A stretch of DNA of 64,000 bases, from NCBI GenBank assembly GCA_022813865.1, contig JALDZX010000001.1, forward strand, positions 62,001 through 126,000, given 5' to 3'. Each line of letters opens with the position of its first letter. Positions within the stretch are counted from its first letter, which is position 1. Under the pieces are notes generated by a model that was given only the letters and a program-made list of their open reading frames with translations, was not told where the DNA came from and searched no databases. This stretch comes from Xylographa opegraphella (lineage: Eukaryota). Below are positions 51,767-62,749 of this stretch, piece by piece. A program made the translations under genes and the position numbers.

Positions 51767-54306
51767 TCAGATATGCTGAGCTAACTTGTCCTTCTTTTCG
51801 ACGAGTCCGACCTTCTCAGCATCTGAATCTTCCACATCGCTTTCTTCATCATCGTCGTCGTCGTCATCGTCCTCCTCCTCCTCGTCGTCGTCCTCGTCCT
51901 CTTCTTCTTCTTCTTCTTCTTCTTCTCCTTCTTCTTCGCCGTCCTCGTCGTCTTCTTCTGAGTCCGTACTGCCCTCGCCCTCTTCTTCCGCGAGCCAGTC
52001 GTCAAGTGTCATCTGATTCGTGACCTGCCCTACTCCATTAAGCTTCTTTTCAGCCACTTTTCCCTTAAGTGCACTGTCGAGTCTCTCGCCAGCGGGTGCC
52101 TCTCTTTTCTCTCCATATTGTGGTTTCGTTGGAGCCTCGTCCCTTACCTTCGAATCTGGCTCCTGACCTGACTGTACCCACTCGGGCAATTTTTCATACC
52201 CAGACAGCCCATTTGGGCCTGCCTGCTCTCCCACAACCAAGCTCGCAGAGCCAAGAAGCCAGTTTCTACGCCCTTCAGAAGGACTAGGGGTATGCGGTAC
52301 CGGCTTCGGAGCTAGGAGAAGAAGATTTGCAAGCTGTATTGAGGTCGGATCACTCAGCAGAGCTTTATAGAATCGCATACGATCTCGCAGATCGTAAGAA
52401 GTATCATAACGTGCCAGAAGCAATATATAATGCCAAAGAATGACTATTGGGTGTTCTTTCTCTGTGGAGGGATTTTGCTCATTTGACGAGTCCAGCTCGT
52501 CTCCGTTTTGTACTTTTGAGACATGGGCTGCGGACTCAGGTCTTTGCGTGCGGTTGATGTGATGAATATAGACTTTTGCGGCCAGCAGAATAATCTGTAA
52601 CTTGGCTGGCTCAGACTCGTCGGCAAACCCCTGTGCAAGAATGCGAAGCACATCAGGTGCGATGTTATCTTCACCTTCAATACCGGCAAATTCCCCTACC
52701 AACCAGATGATGCTAGCTCTGGCTTCAGGATTAGTCATTGTGTCCAAATTTTTGGCCAATCTTACAACCGTCATGACATGTGACGCTGGGTCCTGCTGAA
52801 TCAAGTGGCGCACGACGGTGAGAACTTCCGCAACTAAATTTCCATCTTCACTGGAGGTTTGCCTCAGTAACAGATTTAAACATCTCTTTGAGGTTCTGCT
52901 GTCACTCTGTGCACATCTTCCAATGGCTCTCACACTCTCGCGAACAAGATCATTCTGCGAGGTCTTGGTGAAATGCTCCAATTCGCTCAATATCAGGCCT
53001 TTTGATTGTGAATCACTGTGAGGGAAAACCAAAGTCAATAGTTCGATTTTCATCTGCCATACCTCGGGTACATCTGAAGAGCGGACAAAGAAGTGGGATG
53101 TATAAGGGACAAAAGGTACAGGGCGAACGAGGCAGACCGACACAATGTTGTAAAGTACAATCTGTTGAAGGTCTTGGCCACTCCGTAACAAAGCCACTAA
53201 TGGTCCGACAGCTGCATCGAGATATTCCGGCGTACCAAGGTGAAGGAAGGCACGCACAACAGCAACCACCACTGCTGAATTACGGCTTTGCAGCAATGGC
53301 TTACAAGCTTTGAGAAATAGTACCAAATCAGGATCCAAAACTTGGACTTCTTCCGTGGGCGTCTTTGTATTCTGCTCAGGGGTATCATCGTCGTAAAAGT
53401 CCTTGGCCGAGTCTTTCTTTAATCTAGTGAAACGTTTTGGAAAGCATTTCCGAGCATAAACGGTCATTAGACGTATCAGAGCAAGCTGGCCCCACTCATC
53501 CATATCAACCAGTTTCCTGATCAGTGCTCGATAGTGCTTATGTATCAAGTCGATCCTATCGGGACATATCTCGAGAAAGGCAGTCACAGCAGAGCCAACA
53601 ACGTAGTACTGCTTGTCCCCGAGCAGAATGGACAGATAATCGAGAAGCTGTGGTAGAGTGTTCGGGTCCAGCTTGTAGCACTTAGTGATAGCCAGTGCTG
53701 CGGCCTTGCGTACATGCGGACTCATGTCACCGCAACCTCTCTTGATGGCTAGAGAGACGATCTGGCTGATGACGGGTACACGGATGCCGGACATGACCCG
53801 CAAAGCCATAGCTCGAACTTGTGGATTCTGATCCGTCAATGATTTCTGAATGGTATTGATTGACAACAAAGCCAGATCGGGCTCGGATTCCGCATAATGG
53901 ATTAGATAGATGTAGACTAGTTTCTTGATCTCAATGTTGGGGCTCGCTACGTTCTTGACCACAGATGAGAAATATGGCAGACACGGCTTGGATCGGTACA
54001 TCATCTGAAGAACGGAGATCAGACGCCGCATCATAGACGCAAACCGCCCACTTACCGATATCACTTTTCGTAGTCCCTCCGAGATTTCTCGATCATGTCT
54101 ACTGTCAAGTAATTTCTTGACCTGTAGAAAGGGAACATCTCGAACAGCTGCCCTGCCTCCGAAGCTTCTGCTGGAGCCGGCAGATTGGGCTGCTTCAAGG
54201 GTCAGATCTCGTGCTGTCTTGATTGTGAGCGCATGTACCTCTGGCCCGGATAAAGGAATACACTACCGGTCTCTAACAAAGACGATATCTTGGAGATAGA
54301 CTCCAT
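51767..54306 (-). CDS. APL6: AP-3 adaptor complex beta subunit
   Basis: Exon 1 MESISKISSLLET. Adaptin N-domain FSSVVKNVAS.NIEIKKLVYIYL, DLALLSINTIQKSL and RYDTSYDLRDR. Long acidic C-terminal tract. Confidence 0.94.
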
Positions 54307-54572
54307 AGTTGCTTCAAATTCTGGTTGTTTTCATGTAGAGACCACAGCTAAGCTCGTTTATTTCCGCAAGTTCAGACTCGCTTCGATGTTTGACTTTCGA
54401 TTGTCGTCAGACATCAACTACAAGGCAACAATGGGCTATTTGGGTCACATTTTATATTGCAACTATCATGAACAGAGCCATTTCCATCATGACCTAGAAA
54501 AGCTATTTGACCAAGCAGCATAGTGCCAGGAAAAAAACCCCCCATACATTGCTTTGAGTACAACAGATCAGC

Positions 54573-55289
54573 ATGCCTTCTTATCCATCTACCGTGTTAA
54601 AATCCGTTTCCGTCGTCCCATTTCTTAATCTCATAATCCATTCACATACTCCACCTAGCACTTTAGTCATTTGTTGCACGCGCGAAGACTTTCTTCAAAT
54701 GCTGCTCTCCGCCTGCCGACCCCCTGAGCGGGCCGTGCCACTGACTGCAGAAGACGGCGGCGAGTATGTTTTCAGAAATTCACTGCTTACTCCCACCATA
54801 CACCTTCTGGCAACGTCGAGAACCATCAATCTGGCATTTACCCCTACACTTACAAGTCTCCGAGCTTACCTTGCCGTGTACAAACCTCCAAAGGATACGA
54901 CGGATCCAGGTCTGGCCTTCGATAAACCGGGAAAGCGGACACGTATCCTGGGAATCCTCAACATGCTGGAAGCGCATCGTGGGACCAGCGACTTCAGCGC
55001 TCAGGGTATATCGAGGACCTTTGCCAGTGCAGTGGATGCTGCGGCACGGAGTGACATGCAACTCCTCGTCAACGAGCTCCCAAGAAGTAGAGGGTTTGAT
55101 TATGAGGGAGACGCTCCGATCCAATGCCCTGACAGTGAGGCTTGGAGTGAGCACGTCCCGCTCCTATGCGGGAGTCTCAGATTCGGAGAGGAGCAAAGGA
55201 TATGGGCGGGCAGAACGGTGGAAATACGGCAGGTCGCAGCTCGATGGTGTCTTTTCAGAACACTGGACGAGCTTAAGGAAGCAGATTGA
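54573..55289 (+). CDS. Conserved hypothetical protein; probable Rdl1/SWSAP1-like Rad51-paralog (Shu complex)
   Basis: Intact intronless 238-aa ORF. Blocks LVICCTREDFL, INLAFTPTLTSLRAYLA, FSAQGISRTFA, W.EHVPLL and VEIRQVAARW resemble, from memory, fission-yeast Rdl1. Confidence 0.6.
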   Translation: MPSYPSTVLKSVSVVPFLNLIIHSHTPPSTLVICCTREDFLQMLLSACRPPERAVPLTAEDGGEYVFRNSLLTPTIHLLATSRTINLAFTPTLTSLRAYLAVYKPPKDTTDPGLAFDKPGKRTRILGILNMLEAHRGTSDFSAQGISRTFASAVDAAARSDMQLLVNELPRSRGFDYEGDAPIQCPDSEAWSEHVPLLCGSLRFGEEQRIWAGRTVEIRQVAARWCLFRTLDELKEAD

Positions 55290-55574
55290 GGCTTGGACAC
55301 TTTTCCTTGTGTTTTTGGCTGCGTTGCTACTCTACTAAAGACAAAGAAAGCATTGTTTTGGTGAGGGCGAAAAGTCTGACAAGAGGGTTGTTCAAACCCT
55401 TCATTGTATGATTCATGGGTCTTTGTCTGCCCTTCTTTTGTCCACAAAGGTATTATATTGAAGGCTTCGTCCTCAACATGAGATGGCTAGCCGAGCTTAC
55501 CTCAAGTATCTTCACAAACATTTCCTGCATCTAGTTGCAATCGCCCTTCACGACTTCAGAAGATACAATCAGAC

Positions 55575-56218
55575 ATGTTCCCCCGGTCCACCCGTGCGCC
55601 CCCCATGTTGCGTCTCTCACTTCTGATAAAATATGATTGCGGTTGTATTCATAGCTACCAAGCGTCGCGCTGCTCGATGTGCTACATGGTCGGTGGCCAA
55701 AGTTTATGCCTCCAACACCTCGTCAAGATGATCGTTCTTCCGCCAAATCGAAAGTGTACAGATTTTCGAGCCAGAGTTCTTGAAGTGAGGTGTCGACGAC
55801 CTTACAGTTGGGAGCTACCATTGGCTGTATTGATCGACACTGAGACCAAAGACGGAGGCGCCGAAGCCCAGTCACAACAGGGTGTGCCTCCGCTCGACAC
55901 GACTAGCAGCGTCGATGAAACAGAGATCATTGCTGAAAGCAACGACAAAGGGCAAAAGGTCTTGGGTTTCCAATTACATCAGACGCACAATATTATCGAC
56001 TTTCCGATGCCGCAGGGCAGCTGGGTCAATGGAAGGTGGAAGCCATGCATTTCGACAAGGGAAAAGTAGTATATTGTATGATCAGAATTGTGCAGGCACG
56101 AATCCCTCGAGAGGTACTGCTTGGCCGACGTGGCTTGCTGGTGGAGTATTCCTCTGATTTTGGCTACAAGGTGCGAGATTTGCCAGTATCAGTAGAAGAA
56201 TATTTGAGCATTTTATAG
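55575..56218 (+). CDS. Orphan or possibly frameshifted hypothetical protein with a Cys-rich N-terminus
   Basis: 164-aa ATG ORF (IKYDCGC...CSMC...C...KC) overlapped by a protein-like continuation in another frame (56036-56218). No family recognised. Confidence 0.3.
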
Positions 56219-57016
56219 TGAATCGCCGCCTGTGCTGAGTAGAGCAAACACTGGATAGAGTTTTATCGCAATCAGTTATGCATCGCGGTCTCTGCTGTCT
56301 CTGTTATGCCGTCCTGCGCCATAAAATATGTGATTGCAGTCTGCAAAAAGCTTCAATGGCGTGTCTTACAGTCATCAAGCCAGATCAGTAAAGATTGCAG
56401 CGGCCTTTGATGATTTATCCGTGTATGTCCTCTCTTCTGTATTGCCATAGATGACCGTTCGGCCCACGCTCTTTGTGTCCGTTACCACGGAGTGGTGAAC
56501 GTGAGCCTCCTTGAGCTGGGCAGGGACATTGAAGCCACGCTGGAGAACTGAAAACGTACAAGAGATACGCTTTGATCAAGATAGTTGATGCACAGCCTTT
56601 TGTGGTCTGGCAAGCAGCTCACGACTCCGTGCCTTGTTCTTGAATTGTTCAATATCGGTTACACTTGCCTGCCCTGATGCGAGAATAACTTAATAGAGAT
56701 ATCTCTATTTCTCAAGTCTCATGTATCGTTCTTACTTTAATGGATATAGTTAGCGCTTCGTATGATAGTCGAGATATTGTAGATGTATATCCTTGTGCAC
56801 TACGCGTGCGGCATTGGCCCCAAGAGCGCTCCACATGACTGCAATACCAGTCCTTGCTTTCGAATGAGGGTAGCCATTCGGAGGCATTGCACTTATGTGG
56901 AGCCTCCTAATAAGTAAGCTGATTTTCGCATGATTCCGTCCTGTTTGTTTGCGAATGTGACTTTCCACACTGGCCCAGCCTCGAGAATGGGTTTCGAAAC
57001 GAGCCCTACCAGATGG

Positions 57017-57949
57017 CTAGGCTTCCTTTTCCACTGTAATAGATTTAGAGAATCGAGAGGAGTGAAAGATCTCCGATATGAAACAAGCCCAGCGCCAAGG
57101 CTCTCCCTCTTGAGGATGTTCTGAGGTGATAGAATTGAAATATTCCCATCCCATGACACCTCCGAGCTTAGGATATTTCTCCAATAGAGCTGTTAAGGTG
57201 CTTCGCAATAATTTATCCTCTACCCAACCTGAGCAGTTTCGTGGGTTTGTTACCAATCCAACGACTATTTTCTCCACCGGCCAACGAATTGCAATCTTTT
57301 CGTAGTCCAGCGTGGATCGCATGCAGCCCCACCCACAATAGAACTGGGTATTATACCACGCGATCTTATGCCCAAAAGCTTTCTCCAATACCTCATAATC
57401 AAATCCAGAGAGGTTTTGCTGGGCTCGCATTGCCGTCGCCACTGGTGCCAGAGTGATCAAGAATTCGGTTCCAAAATCTGCCTTTAGGTGGTCTATCAGG
57501 CGGATGACTGCAGCAATAGACATGGCCTCTTCCACATCGAGGTCGAGCCCATCCAGGGCCATCCAAGCGATCATTTCCCGTAAAGGCTCGTAATGGGCAT
57601 TAAAGCTCGACATTTCGCCGTCTAGTGCAGAAAATGAGCCTTGATGTGCACCTCCAAGCATCCCCAATACCTTGATACCACTTTCCTGCAGCTTGCGAGT
57701 CTCGGCCCATAGCAGATCGTACTTTGTTGCCTTGTAAGGATCGTCGTTGAGAGTGATGTTGCCGGCAGGCTGATTTAGATGAATAGCAGCGACAATGACA
57801 TGAGTTGCCCCCGTCTTGTGGGTGATTAAGGGAAGGATCGATACGTATTTCCCATCATGGTAGTGAGTTTGGTGGTAGCAGACAATTCGTGGCTTGCTGG
57901 AGCTTGAGGTGGATGTGAGGTCCGAGCCGTCACACTTCAGCACACGCAT
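57017..57949 (-). CDS. GH18 glycoside hydrolase, endo-beta-N-acetylglucosaminidase (Endo T/Eng18-like), no signal peptide
   Basis: PRIVCYHQT, THVIVAAIH, KVLGMLGGA, catalytic DGLDLDVEE, WYNTQFYCGWG and GGVMGWEYFNS. Intronless. Confidence 0.85.
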   Translation of the reverse strand: MRVLKCDGSDLTSTSSSSKPRIVCYHQTHYHDGKYVSILPLITHKTGATHVIVAAIHLNQPAGNITLNDDPYKATKYDLLWAETRKLQESGIKVLGMLGGAHQGSFSALDGEMSSFNAHYEPLREMIAWMALDGLDLDVEEAMSIAAVIRLIDHLKADFGTEFLITLAPVATAMRAQQNLSGFDYEVLEKAFGHKIAWYNTQFYCGWGCMRSTLDYEKIAIRWPVEKIVVGLVTNPRNCSGWVEDKLLRSTLTALLEKYPKLGGVMGWEYFNSITSEHPQEGEPWRWACFISEIFHSSRFSKSITVEKEA

Positions 57950-58258
57950 GTTGACACTTGGGCTACAGCATTGATGCAACTGCTAGTTACTATGACTTGC
58001 ATGGCAGACCGTGATGTCTGGGAGTGCATTATTATGAGCTCAGGACGTCAAGAGCCAGCAGCTCTAAAGCACCAAGCTTTTGCACGTCAGATCTTGATCA
58101 AGGATGACGCACTAGCGTGAGATCTGGTGGAATTGTTATCCAGCTCTTCCGCAGGTTACGGCATCAACTGATTAAGTAGTATCAATTGTGTCCACCACAA
58201 CAGTCTTATTGTTAGTTGGGGTCAATTGACTTCCTATGAGTTTGCACAGAGCCTCACC

Positions 58259-60621
58259 ATGTTGCGCAGCGGGTCCAGCCGGCTTCTGGCACGCCTGTCT
58301 CCTATCCTAATAGCTACAGCAAGAACTTCGACGCCCAGTCTTCGCGAAAGCGCCGTCACCTTCAGGCAATCCTCCACATCACAATGCATGAGACTATACA
58401 ATCACCGACCTTTACCTTCCATTCGGACGAGAGACACACCATATCTTCATCCGCCATCATTGCGTTTCCATGCTCGAACAGCTGCAGTCGTCTCAGCAGC
58501 TCTTCCGAACAAGCACGGTCGTATTGTTCGCGCACTCTATCGCGTATTCGCTTGGACCGGCTTTTTCATACTGATTAGTGGTGGACTTGTTGTAGCCTTC
58601 TTCGCCTATGATGCATCGACTTACCGCGGAGACAACTCCTACGTCGACATCCCTGTCTCGGTGGCCGCACTTGAACCTCGGAGAGGGGGCCCCAAGAATT
58701 TGCCCATAGCGGAGGTACTTGTTGATGATGACGACTCGGATGAAATGCAGAAACAGAAGAACAAGCCTAAGCTGGTGATCCTGGGCAGCGGCTGGGGGAG
58801 TGTTGCGCTGTTGAAGTCGTTGAACCTCGATGATTATCATATAACAGTTGTCAGCCCGGTCAACTATTTTCTCTTCACACCCATGTTACCGAGTGCAACT
58901 GTGGGCACTTTGGAGCTGAGGAGCTTGGTGGAGCCCATCCGAAGAATTGTGCAGAGGGTGAGGGGGCACTTCCTAAAAGCCGAGGCTGTGGGGGTGGAGT
59001 TCTCTGAGAGATTACTGGAAGTCCAACAGACAGACGCCAACGGAGTACTCCAGCACTTTTACCTACCATATGACAAGCTGGTAATCGGTGTTGGTGAGAT
59101 AACAAGATGCTAAGAAGTGATTATTCTGCTGATATGAATTTTAGGATCCACAACAAACCCGCATGGCGTCAAAGGACTCGAAAACTGCTGTTTCCTAAAA
59201 TCAATAGACGACGCGAGAAATATTAGAAATAAAATTCTTCAGAATCTCGAGCGTGCTGTTCTGCCTACAACTTCCGATGAAGAAAGAAAACGACTATTGT
59301 CGTTCGTGGTCAGTGGTGGCGGACCCACAGGTGTTGAGTTCGCCGCGGAACTATTCGATATGCTGAATGAGGATCTTGGCCGATCGTTTCCTAAAATCCT
59401 AAGGAATGAGATATCAGTTCATGTCATCCAAAGTAGAGGGCACATATTGAACACATACGACGAAGCGTTGTCGAAATATGCCGAAGCTCGGTTCGCACAC
59501 GACCAAGTGGAGGTATTGACTAATTCACGGGTTAAGGAAGTACGGCCTGACAAGATTCTGTTTACGCAAAAAGACGAAGATGGCAAGACCGTGACCAAGG
59601 AACTGCCAATGGGATTCTGTCTCTGGTCTACGGGAGTTTGTAAGTCCGGGCTCGATATCCTAGTAGATTTCGCTGTTGGGCCCCTTTGATCTTATTTTCA
59701 TTATACTCCTGCGCACAGTGTTTGTCGTTATATCGGTTCCTTTCTATCTCAGGATAGTTATCGTAGAATGGATCGAGACTCCAGCTGATCTTATACGAAC
59801 AGCTCAAACCGACTTCTGCAAACGCATCTCCGATAGCCTCCCTGTCCAAACCAACAAGCATGCCCTCGAGACCGACACGCATCTCCGTCTCAACGGCACC
59901 CCCCTCGGCTCCGTCTACGCCATCGGGGACTGCTCCACCGTGCAAAACAACATCGCCGACCACCTCGTACACTTCCTACGCTCACTCGCCTATCAAAAGG
60001 GCAAAGACCCCGAAACCATGAAACTCTCCTTCACCGAGTGGCGCAGCGTCGCGCAGCAGGTCAAGAAACGCTTCCCACAAGCCTCGGACCATCTCCGTCG
60101 GCTGGACCGCCTCTTCCAGGAGTACGACAAGGACCAAAACGGCACGCTCGATTTTGGCGAGCTTCACGAGCTGCTCACCCAGATAGATAACAAGCTCACT
60201 TCTCTCCCCGCAACGGCCCAGCGCGCCCACCAGCAAGGCCAGTACCTGGGGAAAAAGTTCAACAAGCTGGCAGCCGCGGCGCCAGGCATGCAGGCGAACG
60301 AGATCTTCGACGGCGACCTCGACGAAGCTGTTTACAAGGCCTTCGACTACCACCACCTCGGCAGCTTGGCCTATATCGGCAACTCGGCCGTCTTCGACTA
60401 CAACGGCCTGAGCTTCAGCGGCGGCTTGCTCGCCGTGTACCTGTGGCGCAGCGTGTACTTTGCGCAGAGCGTGAGCATGCGCACGCGCGTGCTGCTGGCG
60501 ATGGATTGGAGCAAGAGGGCGCTGTTTGGGAGGGGTGAGTTGAACTTTTTCTCCGCTTTTTGGTGCTTTGGTGGTGGTCACGGGCTGACGCTGTGGGGGT
60601 TTAGATTTGATGGAGTTTTGA
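58259..60621 (+). CDS. Mitochondrial external alternative (type II) NADH dehydrogenase with EF-hand (NDE1/64-kDa type)
   Basis: Arg/Ser-rich presequence and a TM helix. VILGSGWG, YFLFTPMLPS, second Rossmann GGGPTGVEFAAE, EF-hand DKDQNGTLDFGEL, LPATAQRAHQQG and LGSLAYIG. Three introns; final mini-exon DLMEF*. Confidence 0.94.
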
Positions 60622-61129
60622 ATGTATATACAACGGATAGAGGAGGAGTGGGATACGGTCGATCGCTTTGCAGAATGGCGGTGGCACTTTTTGTGGTCTG
60701 ATGATCACCGTCGTGAAGTCATGGAAGAAGGGTGTCTTCTAGCACACTAGGTAGGATGTTATTGGTGGAAGTCTGAAGTGTCTTCATGCGATGTTCGACG
60801 TCCGGCTACCAACTCTCCATCCCTAGAAATAGATTCCGCGCTCTTTTAATCCCGTCCCCACCGCGTTGCCACGAGTCGTGAAACTCACTTCCATCTCGTC
60901 TCCCCGGGCTTCCTCCCCGCTCCTCACACCACCCCAGCCAGCACCTCCACAGAGCCAAGCGGCCCACCTAACACCGACCCCCCCCACTCGTGCCGTTGAG
61001 ATGCTGGATTGTATGGCTTCGTGGCTTCACGGCTTCGATGAGAAATGGGTGCGTGGGCGCGTGGTTTTTAAGTATGCCTAGTATATTCCATCCTGCAGAT
61101 AATTTTGTCGAAAAATCTCACGACCATAT

Positions 61130-62161
61130 TTGTATCCGGTGCGACCTCCCCCCTCCCCCTCCCTCCCCCCACCTTCCAACCCTACCGCCCCCTCCCCCTC
61201 CTCCACCTCCCCCACCAGCGGCAGCCCATCCTTCGTATACGCCACCACACCCGTCCAATCCATCACTACCGCGCCCTCCACCCCCCACCTCTCGGGCCCA
61301 AACACCGCTCGCGCCGCCGCGTGGTGCAGATAGGCCGCGATGGCGGGATGCACGACCGAGTCGTCCGTCGTGCCCCGCTCCCCCGTCGCGGACAGGTTCT
61401 TGCCGCCCCCGTGCAGCACGTCGCCCGCGCCGCGGAGGCCGCGGGCCCGCGCATGCAGGTAGTCGTCCGTGGGGCGGTCGCGCAGGCTGAGGCTGCGGCG
61501 CAGTAACGGGCGCGGTGGGCGTGCGATAAGAGACCCCGGCCGCACGGCGGCGACTTGGTTGCGCGCCGGCACGAGGAAGCCCGTGGCCGTGAGCGCGGGC
61601 AGCAGCGCGTTGGTGTAGCCGTTCGTGGCGAGCACGACGCGCGCCGCGCTCTGTCTCCACCGCCCATTCGCCATTGTCGGTCTTGGCTACCCGCGACGCG
61701 GGCGTGTTGGTGTGCAGCTGTAGCCCCAGCGCCAGCGGTGGCAAACACGTCCGCGGTGTCGACGGCGCGCAGATCGCAGTCGACGGCGTGTGCGCGCGCG
61801 CGCAAAGGCCGTGACGGCGGCGACGGTGTGCTGCTCGAGGGCGTCGAGGCGCAGGGCCTCGTCCTCGCCGAACAAGTCGCGGTGCTGCTGGAAGCGCAGC
61901 CACCACCCGGGGCGGCGGTGCGCGCTTCGAGCATCAGCATCCGCGAGGCGCGGCGCGCGCTTCGAGCAGCTTGTGTGCTGTGGCGGCGCCGGTGATGCCG
62001 GAGCCGATGATGCCGGAGCCGATGATGATGTAGTCGAAGAGGGTGGTGGTGGGGAGGGAGGGGGTGGTGCGGTGCGTGGCGAGCGGGTGGGGGGGGAGTT
62101 GCCAGTAGGACTGGGTGGGGTGCGGGTGCGGGAAGCCTGGGGCGTGGGCGCCGCCGCCCAT
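61130..62161 (-). pseudogene. FAD-dependent oxidoreductase (DAO family) pseudogene
   Basis: Family segments are spread over three frames: PTQSYWQLPPH..FDYIIIGSG, MLEARTA, FGEDEALRL, ARVVLATNGYT..LLP, VPARNQV, DDYL and DWTGVVAYTKDGLPLVG. There are internal deletions (no intact SGRNGG) and no C-terminal GxxGHG. Confidence 0.75.
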
Positions 62162-62749
62162 GGTTTGTGTGGCTGGAAGGAGAGGGAGGGGGTGGGAAGT
62201 AAGGTAGTGGTGGAAGTGCCAAGCGGGAGACAGCGCGGTGTGGGGGGTGGGTGGGAGCGGCGCCGAGATTTATATGTGCAACGGTCGGCGGGTAAAAAGC
62301 CGGACCCGGTTTAGCTACAGCAGTATATCCAGCGTCCCCTCATCCCATACCGATAGTGGCGACACTGCGTACTAGAGTACGTATCTACGTATCTTATCTC
62401 GATCGCCCAGCAAGGATACCAATCCTTCCCAACATTCTCGCCTCCCTCCATACGCGTTATCAACTTCCGTACTCTTTTACTAAGTTGTCCCATGGCAAAT
62501 CGGATCCATCACACCCCGACCGAAGACCCCACAGCGACGTAATCCCCCCCCAGTCGCGACCGTGTATTCATAATTACGTATAGTAAGCAGCAAGCAGCAA
62601 CGCAACGACCTCGCGAGGCCACGTAAACGGCAGCCGCCGCGTAACGACTATGCCGGCCACCCTCCACCATCCACTAGACTACCTCGCTGGTGGACTGCTG
62701 TAAATGTCGGTTTTGTTGATTCCATGTCCACCTATCCTACCGGGATCCA

